Source: Malacoraja senta (Eukaryota). Taken from it: 49,551 bases of DNA. Position 1 is the stretch's first letter. Each line of letters starts with the position of its first letter. Below are positions 1 through 12,356 of the stretch, piece by piece. Under the pieces are notes generated by a model that was not told the DNA's origin, did no database searches, and saw nothing but the letters and a program-made list of their open reading frames with translations. Both the position numbers and the translations under genes were made by a program. The stretch spans positions 1 through 49,551 of the forward strand of contig JAXLNO010000637.1 of assembly GCA_038087875.1 (NCBI GenBank). Direction: 5' to 3'.

Positions 1-36
1 TTCGCTAACTTACGATTTGCCAATTAAATTCCTCAG

Positions 37-87
37 CCAATCCCTGCATTCACTCCTTCACCTGCCACTCCTCTGCCGACCTTGAAG
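37..87 (+). CDS. Putative internal exon of an unidentified gene (PIPAFTPSPATPLPTLK)
   Basis: Branch-like CTAAC at 5-9, CAG acceptor ending at 36, AAG|GTATGT donor at 87/88; 51 bp, open, and phase-compatible with exon 345-436. Confidence 0.45.
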
Positions 88-344
88 GTATGTGTTGCAG
101 AATAGCCCCCGACCGTTTTTTGGTCAGAGGTCTCAGAAATGATGATCCATAGCAGGTGGTGTTATTTCAAATGGGTGTTGAACAGACATCTATGCTTTTT
201 ATACATAAATATTGATGATTACAAGGTCAGTTCAGATGGCTGGAGTAAGTATAGATCTTTTGTTTTATTGATGGAGGAAAATTGGACCAAAAGAAATATA
301 ATATGCTTATTGAATTTTATTAAATTATATTTATTGTATTTTAG

Positions 345-436
345 TCTCTCACTTCGAGGGGCATTTACACTTCTGAGCATCATGTTTTTGGAAGGATTGT
401 AAAACTATGGAGAGAATTTGGAATGGACTTACTAAA
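345..436 (+). CDS. Putative exon of the same gene (SLTSRGIYTSEHHVFGRIVKLWREFGMDLL)
   Basis: T-rich acceptor TATTTTAG ending at 344, 30 open codons plus AA, then GTAGGA donor (phase 2). Confidence 0.5.
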
Positions 437-1375
437 GTAGGACCACAAATGAGGGACAGTTATGTGGGTCTTTGGAGAATGTGGATTGTCCTCCTTAGAG
501 CAAGGCAGGAACAGAGGTAATTTGATGGAAGCATTCACAATAAAACGTTTTGATACAAATAAATCTATTAAGAAAATATTTGTGCAGTAGAAAGGTCAAC
601 CACCATTGTTCACAGATATGACTGACACAGGAATCAGAGATGACACTATTTTTACACAAATAATCAACGTAACAAAGTATTCACTACTCAAAGACCAGAA
701 GTAAGTTAAATTTAAAATTTTGTTGTGCTGCTGCAAGTAAGAATTTCATTGTTCCAGCTGGAACATATGACAATAAAACACTCTTGACTTTTGTCTAAAA
801 GAGAATGGGATAAATATTATCAATGGGAAAAATTCATAGGAATATAGAAAAGGAGGAAAAGCATGAAGCCATCTGGATAGCTTTTCAGAGTCAGCTTTGG
901 CACGATGCCCTTCTGTTGCATAACATGTTGCATTCTTTGGGTAGAAAGTAGTCTTCTGACCTCGGAGATAATATATCAACAGTCACACTTGTTTTTCTCC
1001 TGATATTGGGTTCCATTGGATTTAGAAGGATTGAGGCTTATGTGCACAATATTGTATGTCCTATTTATAAAAAAAATAGTGGTTTTATTAACGAATGTGT
1101 AAGTGAAGGAAGGCTTGACAGAGAAAATGCAGGGAAGCTGTGTATCTGTGGCGTTGTTAATGCATAGGGAATAATACGGAGAAATGAATAATAAATAACA
1201 TATAACACATGTTCTGTGGTAAATATTTAAATGACAATTCCAGGTCCTGGACTACTCATAGCATTCACCACATGGGTTATAAGAACAGTAGAGTAAAGCA
1301 CAGGATCAGCCCCCTTGACCCACAATGTCTGTTGAGATTTTAATTTTAAAGTTTGCAGTCATTTTCTATTTTTAG

Positions 1376-1493
1376 TTTTGAATATCCTTCCATGAAGGAA
1401 GGAACATTCAGCCACAGCATTAGAAACCTGGTCGGACAATTACTTCACAAGCATCGAGCAGAAAGATTTGACCTAGGTAGTTTAGATGTATAA
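1376..1493 (+). CDS. Putative last coding exon (NFEYPSMKEGTFSHSIRNLVGQLLHKHRAERFDLGSLDV*)
   Basis: Strong acceptor ATTTTCTATTTTTTAG ending at 1375; the first T completes the AA left by the previous exon; open to TAA at 1491-1493. Confidence 0.5.
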
Positions 1494-1849
1494 AGTTCCT
1501 TGTCTGCAACCAATGAACATGGAGGAGCAATCGGTAAAGGAAAGAGCACCTCAAGACTCTACAATGAGAAGATATGGGGGTCATGCACAAGTTGTGGAAG
1601 AAGCAAATGGCACTCCACTATTCACACGTGAACTGCACATCAAACACATCGGCCCCACCTGTGACAAAGATGCAGATCCACTCTGCACTCTTAGACAGTC
1701 TCAGAAATCACCTCAGAAGAATGTAGTGGAAACAAATAATTCTCAAACCTCAGGGACTGTGCAGTTGAATATATTCCTGATTGCATTCCCTCTGGCTGAG
1801 TATTTTTAGTTATCCTAGACAATTTGTTCTTCTGAAAATTATCAATATT

Positions 1850-2130
1850 TTCCAATGAAAACTCTTAGGAAGGTGCACCCATTCTCCACCTCATGACAAT
1901 CCATTGCAAGAAGTGAGAACGCCAAATATGATGGGTGTGGATTGAAGCTAATTGGCTCAGAGGAAGGAGTCAGAGGGTGGCTATGGAGGGTTGTTTTACA
2001 GACCGGAGGCCTGTTGCCAGCGAAGTGCCGCAAGGATCTGTGCTGGGTGCACTGTTGTTTGACATACAGTATGTATTCACGACTTGGATGAGAATTCAGG
2101 TGGCATGAGCAGTATGTTTGTGAATAGCAC
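1850..2130 (+). mobile_element. Old, degraded CR1-like RT fragment
   Basis: Degenerate coding for the 'NWL..R.QRV...G....W..V.S.VPQGSVLG..LF..Y..DLDE' RT segment. Confidence 0.55.
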
Positions 2131-2219
2131 CATGGCTGGAGAGATCACTCTATCTGCACTGACCTATTTCCATGGCATGAACAGTGCAGCTGTGAGTCCA
2201 GCACACAGCAGTATCTATG

Positions 2220-2320
2220 AAGATAGACACAAAAAGCTGGAGTAACACAGCAGGTCAGGCAGCATCTCTGGATAGAAGGAATGTGTTATGTTTTGGGTCG
2301 AGACCCTTCTTCAGACTGAG
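2220..2320 (-). mobile_element. Penelope-like terminal repeat fragment
   Basis: Reverse complement of the tail that follows the GIY-YIG ORF at 36740-36835. Confidence 0.65.
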
Positions 2321-3394
2321 AGTATCATAGTATTCATAGTATCTATGAAGTATGCAGACTGGATTTAATGTTTTTTATACGCAGTAAACCACGCAGCAAT
2401 TTCTTAAAGCAATGATGTCCAAGTTCTGTGAACTGCTGGACTTCAATTTGGCGTGAGCAACACACAAAGTGACCAGTTAATGCATCAAATGAGGAGGAAT
2501 TACTTTTTTTTGTCCAAATGTCTTACATTCCAATGCCCCTGAAAGGATTAACATGCTGGACTCACTGAGAGTGGATAAACTTCAATCCTAAAATGGAAGA
2601 TTTTTTTGTTCGAATTCCCTGTCTGATGCCAGACTGAATGTGGACAGTCTGCCAAATAAAATCAAAGGTCAACAACGGTGTATTTTTTCCATAGAATCAT
2701 TCTGATTTCCCATTTTGTCCTCATTATCTTTATATTGGTCATCAACAAAAATAAATCAAATTAATAGTAGATTAAATACAATGAACAATTTGATACTTTC
2801 ACTGAACAATAAGAGAAAGTATACATTAAAATTTTAATGTGCTTCTTAAATGCTCCATCATTTTATGTTTCATAGCTGCTATCATGTTATTTTAGTGCAA
2901 GGATTCTCCTCTAATCGGATTCCTAATCTAATAGGAAAGGCATAGATGGAGAAAAGATCTTTTGACCCACAGAACTTCCTCCACTGCTCCTTTGAATTCT
3001 TTAATGATATTGTCTGTGTTTATTTCTAATGTACAGCATGATAGATTATCCTAAATATTCTTATTGCCAAATTCTTTCAGTTTTTTTAAACCTACTTTCA
3101 TTGACTGAAATTATAATGTTTAAAAACCCTTTCTTTTCCAATAATTAAATTGCCCCTTTTTAATTTAACAAAAAGTCCTGGTTCCACTTTTCTGGCTTTT
3201 TTGAAATAAATGTCTAAGTTATCATATCTGTGCAGCAAGCTTGATGTTAGCCTCAAGCCTCTTGGAGTTCCGACTAATTATTGTGGAACTTCAGCCCAAT
3301 ACAAAGGCAAACTTTCTAATTGTGGAATTCACTGGACATAACAACAAAGCAGAGACATAGGAGAAAGCTACTCAGCACTTTGTACCTCATTGAG

Positions 3395-3720
3395 TCATAC
3401 AATACAGAAACAGACCCTTTGGGTCTGCACTGACCATTAAACGATTATTTACACTAACACTAAATTAACTACATTTTTCTATATTCCCAATTTTTTTATT
3501 AACTCCCCCCCAGATTCCACCGCTTATACACACACGAGAGCCAATTTACAGCAGCCAATTAACCTATGCACATGTCCTAGGGATACAGCAGGAAACTGAA
3601 ATATCCAAAGGAAACCACAGGGAGAATGTACAAACTCCACACAGATAGCACCCATGGTCAGGATTGAATCTGGATCTCTGGTGCTGTGAGATTGCAGCTC
3701 GAATTTCCTGTCTGCTACCA
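3395..3720 (-). mobile_element. tRNA-derived V-type SINE (HE1-like), degraded
   Basis: Minus strand has a B-box-like AGATTCAATCC, then the V-domain-like TGTGTGGAGTTTGTACATTCTCCC...GGTTTCC, then a LINE-like tail. Confidence 0.65.
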
Positions 3721-4129
3721 GACTGAGTGTGGACAGGCTGCAAAATAAAATCAAAGGACAACGATCGTGTATTTTTGCCACTGCCTGCTTCACCATTCAA
3801 TAGGATCTTGGGTGATCTTTTCCTTCTGAACCACTTTCGTGCATCTGCCCCATATATCATGATTCCCTTAATATCTAAAACTAGACATTGTATAAATGTT
3901 TTTAATTTAATAAGGCACAATTTTAATTCAAGACGACAGAATCTGCCACTCAATTTAGTTGCCTATTGGACTGGCCACAAAGGTACCAAGGCAACTTCAG
4001 TCCTGCCTGCCTAAGTATCAGTCTGTGAGCACTTAGTTGAGGGGCAGAGCCCACATCCTGCTTTCAGCTAAAACATATTTTGCATTTATATCAACAATTT
4101 CATCCCTAATTAGCATCTAGAAGCTAATT

Positions 4130-4792
4130 TAACGCATACTTTTGTAAATTATATAAAAATCAAAAATTTCTGGATTGATATTTTTAGAATAATTTCTGAA
4201 GTTATCAATACCCAATTGGATCCTGATTCAAAACTAATAATACTAGGAATATCAGAACAAAGCCTAACACTCACAACAAACCAAAGAAACTTTCTCGACT
4301 ATAGTATAATAACTGGGAGAAATTCATATTAAAATTTTGGAAAGGCCCTATAACCCCCACAATTAAAATGTGGATTATAGAAATGTCGGAGACCCTACAC
4401 ATGGAAAGAATTAGACTTGTCTTAATGGACAAACAAGAACTATTTGTCAGAATATGGTCTCCATTCATTGACTATTTGAAGGGGTAGATTGGTTCAGCAC
4501 GGGTACCTAACTGAAGCTCGAACTTAGGATTAGATGAAAAGTTAAATTTTATAATCTACGAACCTATCTCCAATGATGTATTATTAGTAAATTATTCCAT
4601 TCTTTTTTATTACGCCATTTGCTTTCTTTTTTTCTTTTTTTCCTTCCTTTCTCACTCTCTATCTATAAAAAAAAAACTAGAAGCAGAACCAATTCATAAC
4701 TGATAATATTTATAATATATGACTGATATACATGAAATGTTTTTATTATGATATGTGCTTGCTTCTAATAAAAATATTTTAAAAAAAATAAA
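4130..4792 (+). mobile_element. 5'-truncated L1 (ORF2 C-terminus, 3'UTR, A-tail)
   Basis: Translates to FWIDIFRIISEV...KFILKFWK...IKMWIIEMSETLHMERIR...WSPFIDYLKG*, homologous to the ORF2 end of the full-length L1s; AATAAA and A-run at about 4767-4792. Confidence 0.8.
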
Positions 4793-5038
4793 ATTTAGTA
4801 CATCATATAATCCTGAAATGCCGAGATTACTTTACCCTGAAATTATCTTATATCGTCCAGCAGCATGTCAGTCATTTCGACCTTTTTGTTTTTTTAGTAT
4901 GTCTAAATGTATGTGTTAATGTTTCTCGGTATTTTTCTATGTGGGGGGTGGTGGGGGAAACCGTTTCCAGTCACTTACCTCGACGGAGATGCGACTTTTC
5001 TCCTAGTCGCATTTTCACCCTCCCCCGCGGCCTATCCT

Positions 5039-8025
5039 TAGAAACATAGAAACATAGAAAGTAGGTGCGAGAGTAGGCCACCAGGCCCATCGAGCCCGCA
5101 CCGCCATTCGCTCATGGCTGAACACTAAACAGACACCCTTACCCACAAACAGTAGACACAAGACACAGAACACAAGACACTACCCTCCCCTTTATATCGC
5201 TATCACCCCTCTCCACCCCAAGAACCGCGTGATCTCCTGGGGGAGGCAAAAAACCGGATAAAAACCCAGGTCCAATTCGGGAAAAAAATCCGGGAAATTC
5301 CTCTCCGACCCCAATCCAGGCGATCGACACTTGTCCAGGAGATCACTCAGGTCTTACTATACTAACCATACCTAGGTCCATATCCCTGCCCTCTCCCCGT
5401 AGCCCCTTATCCCCTTGGCAGCTAAAAAAACATCTATTTTAGACTTAAATATATTTAATGTTTCTGCTTCCACTGCTCCCTGGGGCAGTGAATTCCATAA
5501 ATTAACCACCCTCTGGGTGAAGAAGTTCTTCCTCATCTCAGTTTTAAAAGAGCCCCCTCTTATTCTACAACTATGTCCCCTAGTTCTAGTTTCCCCGATC
5601 ATTGGGAACATCCTCGGTGCATCCACCCGATCAAGGCCCCTCACGATCTTATATGTTTCAATGAGATCGCCTCTCATTCTTCTAAACTCCAAAGAGTAGA
5701 GTTCCAGCCTACTTAACCTTTCCTCATATGTCAATCCCCTCATTGCAGGAATTAATCTTGTAAACCTTCGCTGCACTGCCTCCAGGGCCAGTACATCCTT
5801 TCTTAAGTATGGACCCCAGAACTGTACACAGTATTCCAAATGTGGTCTCACTAATACTGTGTACAGCTGCAGCAAGACCTCCGTGTTTTTATACTCAATC
5901 CCCCTAGCAATAAAGGCCAAAACTCCATTGGCCTTCCTGATTGCTTGCTGCACCTGCATACTAACTTTTAGTGATTCATGTACTACTACCCCTAGATCCC
6001 TTTGCGTTGCATTACAACGCAGCTCCACCTCATTTAGAAAATAACTTGCCCTATCATTTTTTTTCCCAAAGTGAATGACTTCACATTTATTAGTATTAAA
6101 TTTCATCTGCCAAGTTGTTGCCCACTCACCTAGCTTATCTATATCCTTTTGCAGACTCTTCCTATCCTCCTCATCCCCTACTTTTCCTCCCATTTTTGTA
6201 TCGTCCGCAAATTTTGATATATTACACTTGGTTCCCTCCTCCAAATCATTTATATAAATTGTGAACAACTGGGGTCCCAGCACCGACCCTTGCGGAACCC
6301 CGCTAGTTACCGGTTGCCATCCCGAGTATGAACCATTTATCCCCACTCTCTGCTTCCTATTTGTTAGCCAATCCTCTACCCATGCTAATATATTACCCCC
6401 AATCCCATAATTTTTTATTTTTAGCAATAGTCTCTTATGTGGCACCTTGTCAAAAGCCTTTTGGAAGTCCAAGTATACCACATCCACCGGTTCCCCTTTA
6501 TCCACCCGGGTTGTTACTTCCTCAAAGAATTCGAGCAGATTCGTTAAACAGGACTTCCCCTTCACAAAACCATGCTGGTTCTGTCCGATGAAGTCATGTT
6601 TATCCAAGTGCCCCGTTAGTGTTTCTTTAATAATTGTCTCTAACATTTTACCCACCACCGATGTTAGACTAACCGGTCTACAGTTACCCGCCTTCTGTTT
6701 ACTTCCTTTTTTAAATATAGGTGTTACATTGGCCATTTTCCAATCCACTGGGACCGTTCCTGCCTCCAGGGAGTTTTGGAAAATTATCACCAATGCATCC
6801 ACAATCCCCACCGCTATCTCCCTCAAGACCCTTGGATGTAATCCATCAGGCCCAGGGGATTTATCCTCCTTCAGTCTCATTAATTTCCCTAATACCACCT
6901 CCTTGGTGATCTTAATAGTATTTAGCTCCTCCATTCCTACCGCCCCCTGTTTATCCAGCGTTGGAATATTTTTTGTGTCTTCTATGGTGAAGACTGATAC
7001 AAAATACTCGTTTAATGCCTTTGCCATTTCCATGTTCCCCACCAACAACTCTCCAGTCTCACCCTCCAATGGACCAACGTTCACCTTAGCCACCCTTTTT
7101 CTTTTTATATAGCTATAAAAACTCTTTCCTATTAGTTTTTATGTTGTTCGCTAAATTCCTTTCATAGTCTATTTTCCCCGTCTTAATTAATCTCTTAGTT
7201 AATTTTTGCTGACCTTTAAATGCTTCCCAATCCTCTACCCTCCCACTATCTCTGGCTACCTTATATGCCCTTGCCTTCAGCCGAATACTATCCTTTATAG
7301 TTTTACTGAGCCATGGCTGACTGTTCTTTCCCTTACCCCTTTTTTTCTTCATAGGAATAAATTTTTCTTGAAGGTTATACAGTAGATCCTTAAACGTACA
7401 CCACTGCTCATGTACCGTCTTATTATTGAGTCTGCTATCCCAGTCAACTTTGATCAGCTCAGTCCTCATACCTTCATAATCCCCCTTATTTAGACTAAGT
7501 ACCCTAGCTTGAGTTTCAACCTGCTCCCCTTCTATTTGAATATGGAATTCGACCATATTGTGGTCACTTGTTCCCAACGAGTCCCTAACTATGACATTTT
7601 TAATTAATCCTGCTTCATTACACAGGACCAGATCCAAGATTGCCTCCCTCCTTGTCGGTTCTGTGACATACTGTTCTAGGAACCCGTCTCTAATACATTC
7701 TATAAACTCTTCCTCTAGTCTACCCTGCCCAGTTTGGTTTGCCCAATTAATATGAAAATTGAAGTCCCCCATGATTACAGCAGTTCCCTTTTTACATGCG
7801 TCAACTATTTGCAGATTTATGTTCTGACTAACAGCGTCACAGCTATTTGGAGGTCTATAAATTACACCCACTAGTGTTTTTTTCCCCTTGTTATTCTCTA
7901 TCTGTACCCAAGCTGTTTCACTATCCTGATCCTTCAACGCAATATCCTTCCTCTCTATTGCCGTTATTCCCTCCCTTATTAAAAGGGCCACCCCTCCTCC
8001 CTTTCTTTCCTGTCTATCTTTTCCT
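5039..8025 (-). mobile_element. Young 5'-truncated CR1 LINE
   Basis: (TTTCTATG)n tail on the minus strand at 5039-5060, followed by endonuclease and RT ORFs. Confidence 0.93.
5372..8020 (-). pseudogene. CR1 ORF2 (APE endonuclease plus RT) with one frameshift near 7115
   Basis: GGGVALL, YRPP, MGDFN and SDH endonuclease motifs in ORF 7113-8093; PGPDG, YLDFQKAFD, VPQGSVLGP and FADD RT motifs in ORF 5372-7093. Confidence 0.92.
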
Positions 8026-9514
8026 TGGATTGGAGCGGCCTTTCCCGGAGTCGGGCCCAGAGCTTCAGCAGCAGGCGCGGCGCGGACTTCCATCGCGGAG
8101 CCAGAAGAAAGCCTCCGACCACTTTAACATCGTGAAGCCAGTCTGTGGCGCTTCTAGCCGCGGGCGTGGCGTGGACTTACCATCCCGGAGCCAGGGATCC
8201 CTTGCCGGGGATCACCAGAGAAGAGCTCCGACCGCTGGCCTGCCTGCAGCCTATAACATCGAGAAGCTGCGGTCTGCGGTAAGAAAGTGGCCGATTCGGA
8301 CACCATCCGTCCCGACATCGGAGCTTCGATCATCCCGACGAGAGGGCTTGTACATCGGGCCGTCCGTAGCGGCGAATACGGAGGGTCAAGGCCCCAAACA
8401 CAGGTGAACAAAAGGAGGAAGACTGACTGAACTTTATTGCCTTCCATCACAGTGATCACAATAAATGTGAACTTGAACTTGAACTTGACCCTTGTATAAA
8501 TCGGTCTAATTCATAGAGAATTAATCTGAAGCGCTGCATTCCCAAATTTCCCACTGCTTGCTCCAAAGGAAAAAAGTTAAATGGCCTGTGATTGTCCTGT
8601 GATTTTGGGTGATCTTCCAGCATAGTTACAGCAGAGGGTTTGGAGAACACGAGGAATAAGCTCTGCTTACTTTCAGGGTGATTCCCTCAAAGCCCAGATT
8701 ATGTAAAACATTCCAACCCTTTGTGTTGCACGTCAGTAAATGTCATCAAGGTGGTCAATCTAGACTCGAATAAATTTAGTCTGGCCAGCATTCAAAGTGG
8801 CAGGGGCAGTGTGCAATCAATTCCCCAAAATGTGCCCTTCTCTTTCTACCATTCCCAGGAGTTAATTGTAAGACCTCAGCATTTTAGACGTGGTAGGTCA
8901 CAGGCACAAATCTCACTTGGATGAGATCAGTGTAACATCAAACCTGTCCACAAACAGCAGAAAGGCTTTGAATTTGTATTTGAATTCTGTTGCTGTTAGA
9001 TAATAAATTCTGTTCTTACTGGATAATGTTGCTGTGTAAGTGACAATAATTATGCCACTTGGCTTTTGATGGAGGGGAGGAGTATTCTACGAGATAGCTT
9101 TATTTACTGCAGCCCAGCTCCAAGTGCCACTGACTCTTCCAGGAGTGGAGAATCATTAGAGCTCCTGATCCACATTAGAAAAGGTACAGATTTTATTTTT
9201 GCATACTTGCACATTAATTATCTACGCTGAATTGTTTGCAAATAATGCTTTCATGTGTGTAGTTTATAATTAGATTGTATTCATTTATATTTTTCTTGCT
9301 TTGCTGAAATATTTGCAAGTTAATTTGAATTAAGCGTTACTGAGAATTTGTGAGGCAAATAAAAATATATTCATAAAAATGTACTTCCCATTAAGAGCAG
9401 CCTTCCTGAATTTGACTGACAAAGAAACTGGTAATAGTTAATAAAGGATCAGCTCAAAATAATGAAGAATTATATTAATATGAGGGAACATGTCCAATGA
9501 TCTGATCAGCATAA

Positions 9515-10139
9515 AGGGCCTGTCCCACTTCGGCGATTTTTCAGGTGACTGCCAGCGACTGTCTTAGTTGTAGCAGGTTGCCGAAAAAACGGCGACTGGA
9601 CCCCCCTACGACAATATCTACAACAATGTCTACGACAAGCTACAACAATCTACCACCTAGTCAACATCAAGCTACGGCAAGCTATCGACAACCGGCGACC
9701 CATTAGGACATCCACCTACGACCACACTGGCGACAACCTATGACAACTGGTCAACGCGACAAGCTACGGCAAACTACGACCCTGTCGGCGACAACTGAAG
9801 ACAATTCAGTCTCCGGTACCTGTCACCGGTTGACGTAGGTAGTCGCCAAATGAATTCACTGAAGTCAGCACCGGCGACAACCTACGTCATCTGGCGACAA
9901 CCTACGACAGCACCTATGTCAGGAGGTCAAGCTACGCTCATTGGCGTCAACCCACTGTCGCCAACTGTGGCAGAACATTTTTGAACATGTTGAAAATCCA
10001 GCGGCAACAAAAAACACGCTACGACTCTTGGGGCGACTGAGGAGACTACTCACGGCCATACAGGCGACACCCCAGCGACCATGTGGCGACAGCCTAGTCA
10101 CCTGTAGTCACCTAAAAAATAGCCTGTGGGACAGGCCCA
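9515..10139. mobile_element. PIF/Harbinger-type non-autonomous DNA transposon (MITE)
   Basis: TIRs GGGCCTGTCCCAC (9516-9528) and GTGGGACAGGCCC (10126-10138) with further subterminal inverted similarity; TAA at 9512-9514 and 10140-10142 as TSD; interior rich in CGAC/GTCG motifs. Confidence 0.85.
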
Positions 10140-11237
10140 TAACACTTCGATTTGCATAGTTAAACAATAATGTAAGACTAGATTATCCGACCAAAATGGT
10201 GGTTCAGCCCCAAACCAAACTTCTCAAGAGAGACTGCTTCATCTCAGCTCCAACTTTGCATATTGTTTAGATTGAACAACTTGCAGCACTGCACCTCTGT
10301 GTCCTGATACAGTGAAGTGCCGTCACAAATGAGGCCACAAATACTTACTCTGCTTCTGTAAATCGTATCAAAACAACTGAGTAAACAAAAAAACCCCACA
10401 GTTGCTGGAAATCTGAAACAATACCCCAAACGTTTGGAAATACTCGGCAGGTCAGGTAATATATACATGTAAAGTAGTGAATGTTTCAGGTTGGTAACTT
10501 CTCATCAGAACTTGAGAATGTTTGAGAATGATCATTTTTAAAGAAATTCCAGGGAGATAAAAAAGGGAGAGAGGAAGGATGATGAAATATGAATGACCAG
10601 ATGCTATTATTACAGGAAGAGTTTACCCAGGATTCACTTTCTCCCTTTGGTCTGTCTATGTCTTCTGACCACTAATCTTGTCCCCACACAACTCCACCTT
10701 CCACACTCCTACCAACATTGCTCTTGCACAGCATATCATAAATTAGTTAAAGCTGAAGAGCTACTATGGTTCCATGTGTACAAGCTCATGTGTCAGTCTG
10801 CTCCTCCCAACGGTGGGGGGGGGGGGGGGGGGATTTTGATGAGCCCATATTAGATAATTGGGGCCATTTGCCCTCTCTCCTGCTGGTTAACTAACAGATG
10901 CGATTTACCAGAGCCAAGTCTAGCATCATAAATGCCAGTAATAAGCATTAAAATGTAGGCAATGTAGTACACTCACCAGACTGGAATTGATGTGTTTCTC
11001 CACATATCTAGCACCCACTTTGCCACCACACAAATCGCAAGCTTGCTGACTGTTCCGCAGCCATTTCCCAAGTGCACTCCAATGACGAACTTGTGGAACA
11101 TGAAGCGTTGCCTCTACACAGAGCCAAGTCATTGGGGTTAGGACATGCTCAAGAGTGCACTGACACTGGGAGGTCCATTTTTAAAGAATGAGACAGAAGT
11201 AGCAATGAAGATGATTAACTGCGAAGGTCCAGACAAC

Positions 11238-11328
11238 AGTGGGTGTGGCTGGTGTTTGATAGTGGGTGTGGCTGGTGAGTTTGATAGTGGGTGTGACTGG
11301 TGTTTGATAGTGGGTGTGGCTGGTGAGT
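11238..11328 (+). repeat. Minisatellite, about 4 units of 23-25 bp
   Basis: AGTGGGTGTGGCTGGTG(AG)TTTGAT repeated in tandem. Confidence 0.85.
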
Positions 11329-11987
11329 AGGTGGGGCAAGTCCAGAAAAGGATGTGGGCAAAATGTATTCCAATGGGACTAGCCCGGGAAAAAATATGGT
11401 CATCATGAATGAGGGCTGAAGGGCCTGTTTTCATGCTGTTGGATTCTACTACAATGGCACCATCAGACTGACCTGCCCATAGCAAACAATTTATCCCTGT
11501 CTATTGCTCATCTTAGATAATGTTGCCTTCTAAGGAACTTGCCAGTCTCTGACACCATGTTAGTAGCCAAAGAGTATTAAACAGAGCCTGTACGATCTGG
11601 GAGATATTTTATATGGCTGAGTGACTTAATCCCCTTCAAAGATTCCAAATCTGTTAATACACTTTACTCCCCCTTTCTCCCTCTCTTCTTCCTTCCACCT
11701 ACTCTTTCACCCTCTCCCCCTTGTTCCTTCTTGATGTGACTACCCGTATCGTCCCCTCTTCAATAAATGTAGGTGCAAAGTATCCATCCAGTGTCCTGTC
11801 TTCTACCTCCACACCCAGGCTGCTATTTGGGTTCAACAAGGATCTTCTCTTTCCTTTCAAATCATTTTTCCACTCACCTGTTTAGTTTCCAGCCATTAAT
11901 ATGCATTAAAATGTTTACATGTATAGGCAGTTAAGTAGAAAAGCTTGTATGGGGAATATGAGATGTGACCACTCTGTGACAGTTGAT

Positions 11988-12184
11988 TCATAGATACATA
12001 GATACATAGAAAATAGGTGCAGGAGTAGGCCATTCGGCCCTTCGAGCCTGCACCGCCATTCAATATGATCATGGCTGATCATCCAACTCAGTATCCCGTA
12101 CCTGCCTTCTCTCCATACCCCCTGATCCCTTTAGCCACAAGGGCCACATCTAACTCCCTCTTAAATATAGCCAATGAACTTGGC
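11988..12184 (-). mobile_element. CR1 3'-end fragment
   Basis: Near-identical to 14610-14794, with (CATAGATA)n tail. Confidence 0.85.
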
Positions 12185-12356
12185 AGTGCATCAGCTTCCT
12201 GCTGTTACCTATTTGTACAATGACGGCCTGCAGCCAATTCTGCCTCTGCTCCTCATTTGACTTTTCAACATGGGGCTTAATTTTTCAAGTGGCCAACAGA
12301 ATGTAAAACTAGCCAGAAGTACTTAAAGGGGAGGCGCATTCTAGCTGCAGATGTTT

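Larger units (their letters stand above)
4870..8490. repeat. Unclassified GC-rich interspersed repeat split by the CR1 (pieces ~4870-5039 and ~8026-8490)
   Basis: CpG-rich sequence on both sides of the CR1, TCCTT at both junctions, and an AATAAA/(GAACTT)n tail at about 8460-8488. Confidence 0.4.

Noticed and set aside
1486..1809. 107-aa ORF
   Set aside because: No recognisable domain; it starts out of frame at the end of the putative terminal exon, so it is more likely 3'UTR.
3564..3953. Walker-A-like LLNGEAGSGKNT in a minus-strand ORF
   Set aside because: Has KN rather than K[ST], the ORF runs into a SINE, and no other NTPase motifs or partner exons are seen.
5415..7112. Plus-strand ORFs up to 221 aa (likewise 15371-15775, 22455-22883, 25664-26068, 43483-43920)
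   Set aside because: Antisense shadows of CR1 or L1 coding sequence.
9600..9920. Repeat-spacer appearance reminiscent of CRISPR
   Set aside because: Short irregular motifs inside a eukaryotic MITE; no constant repeat, regular spacers or cas genes.
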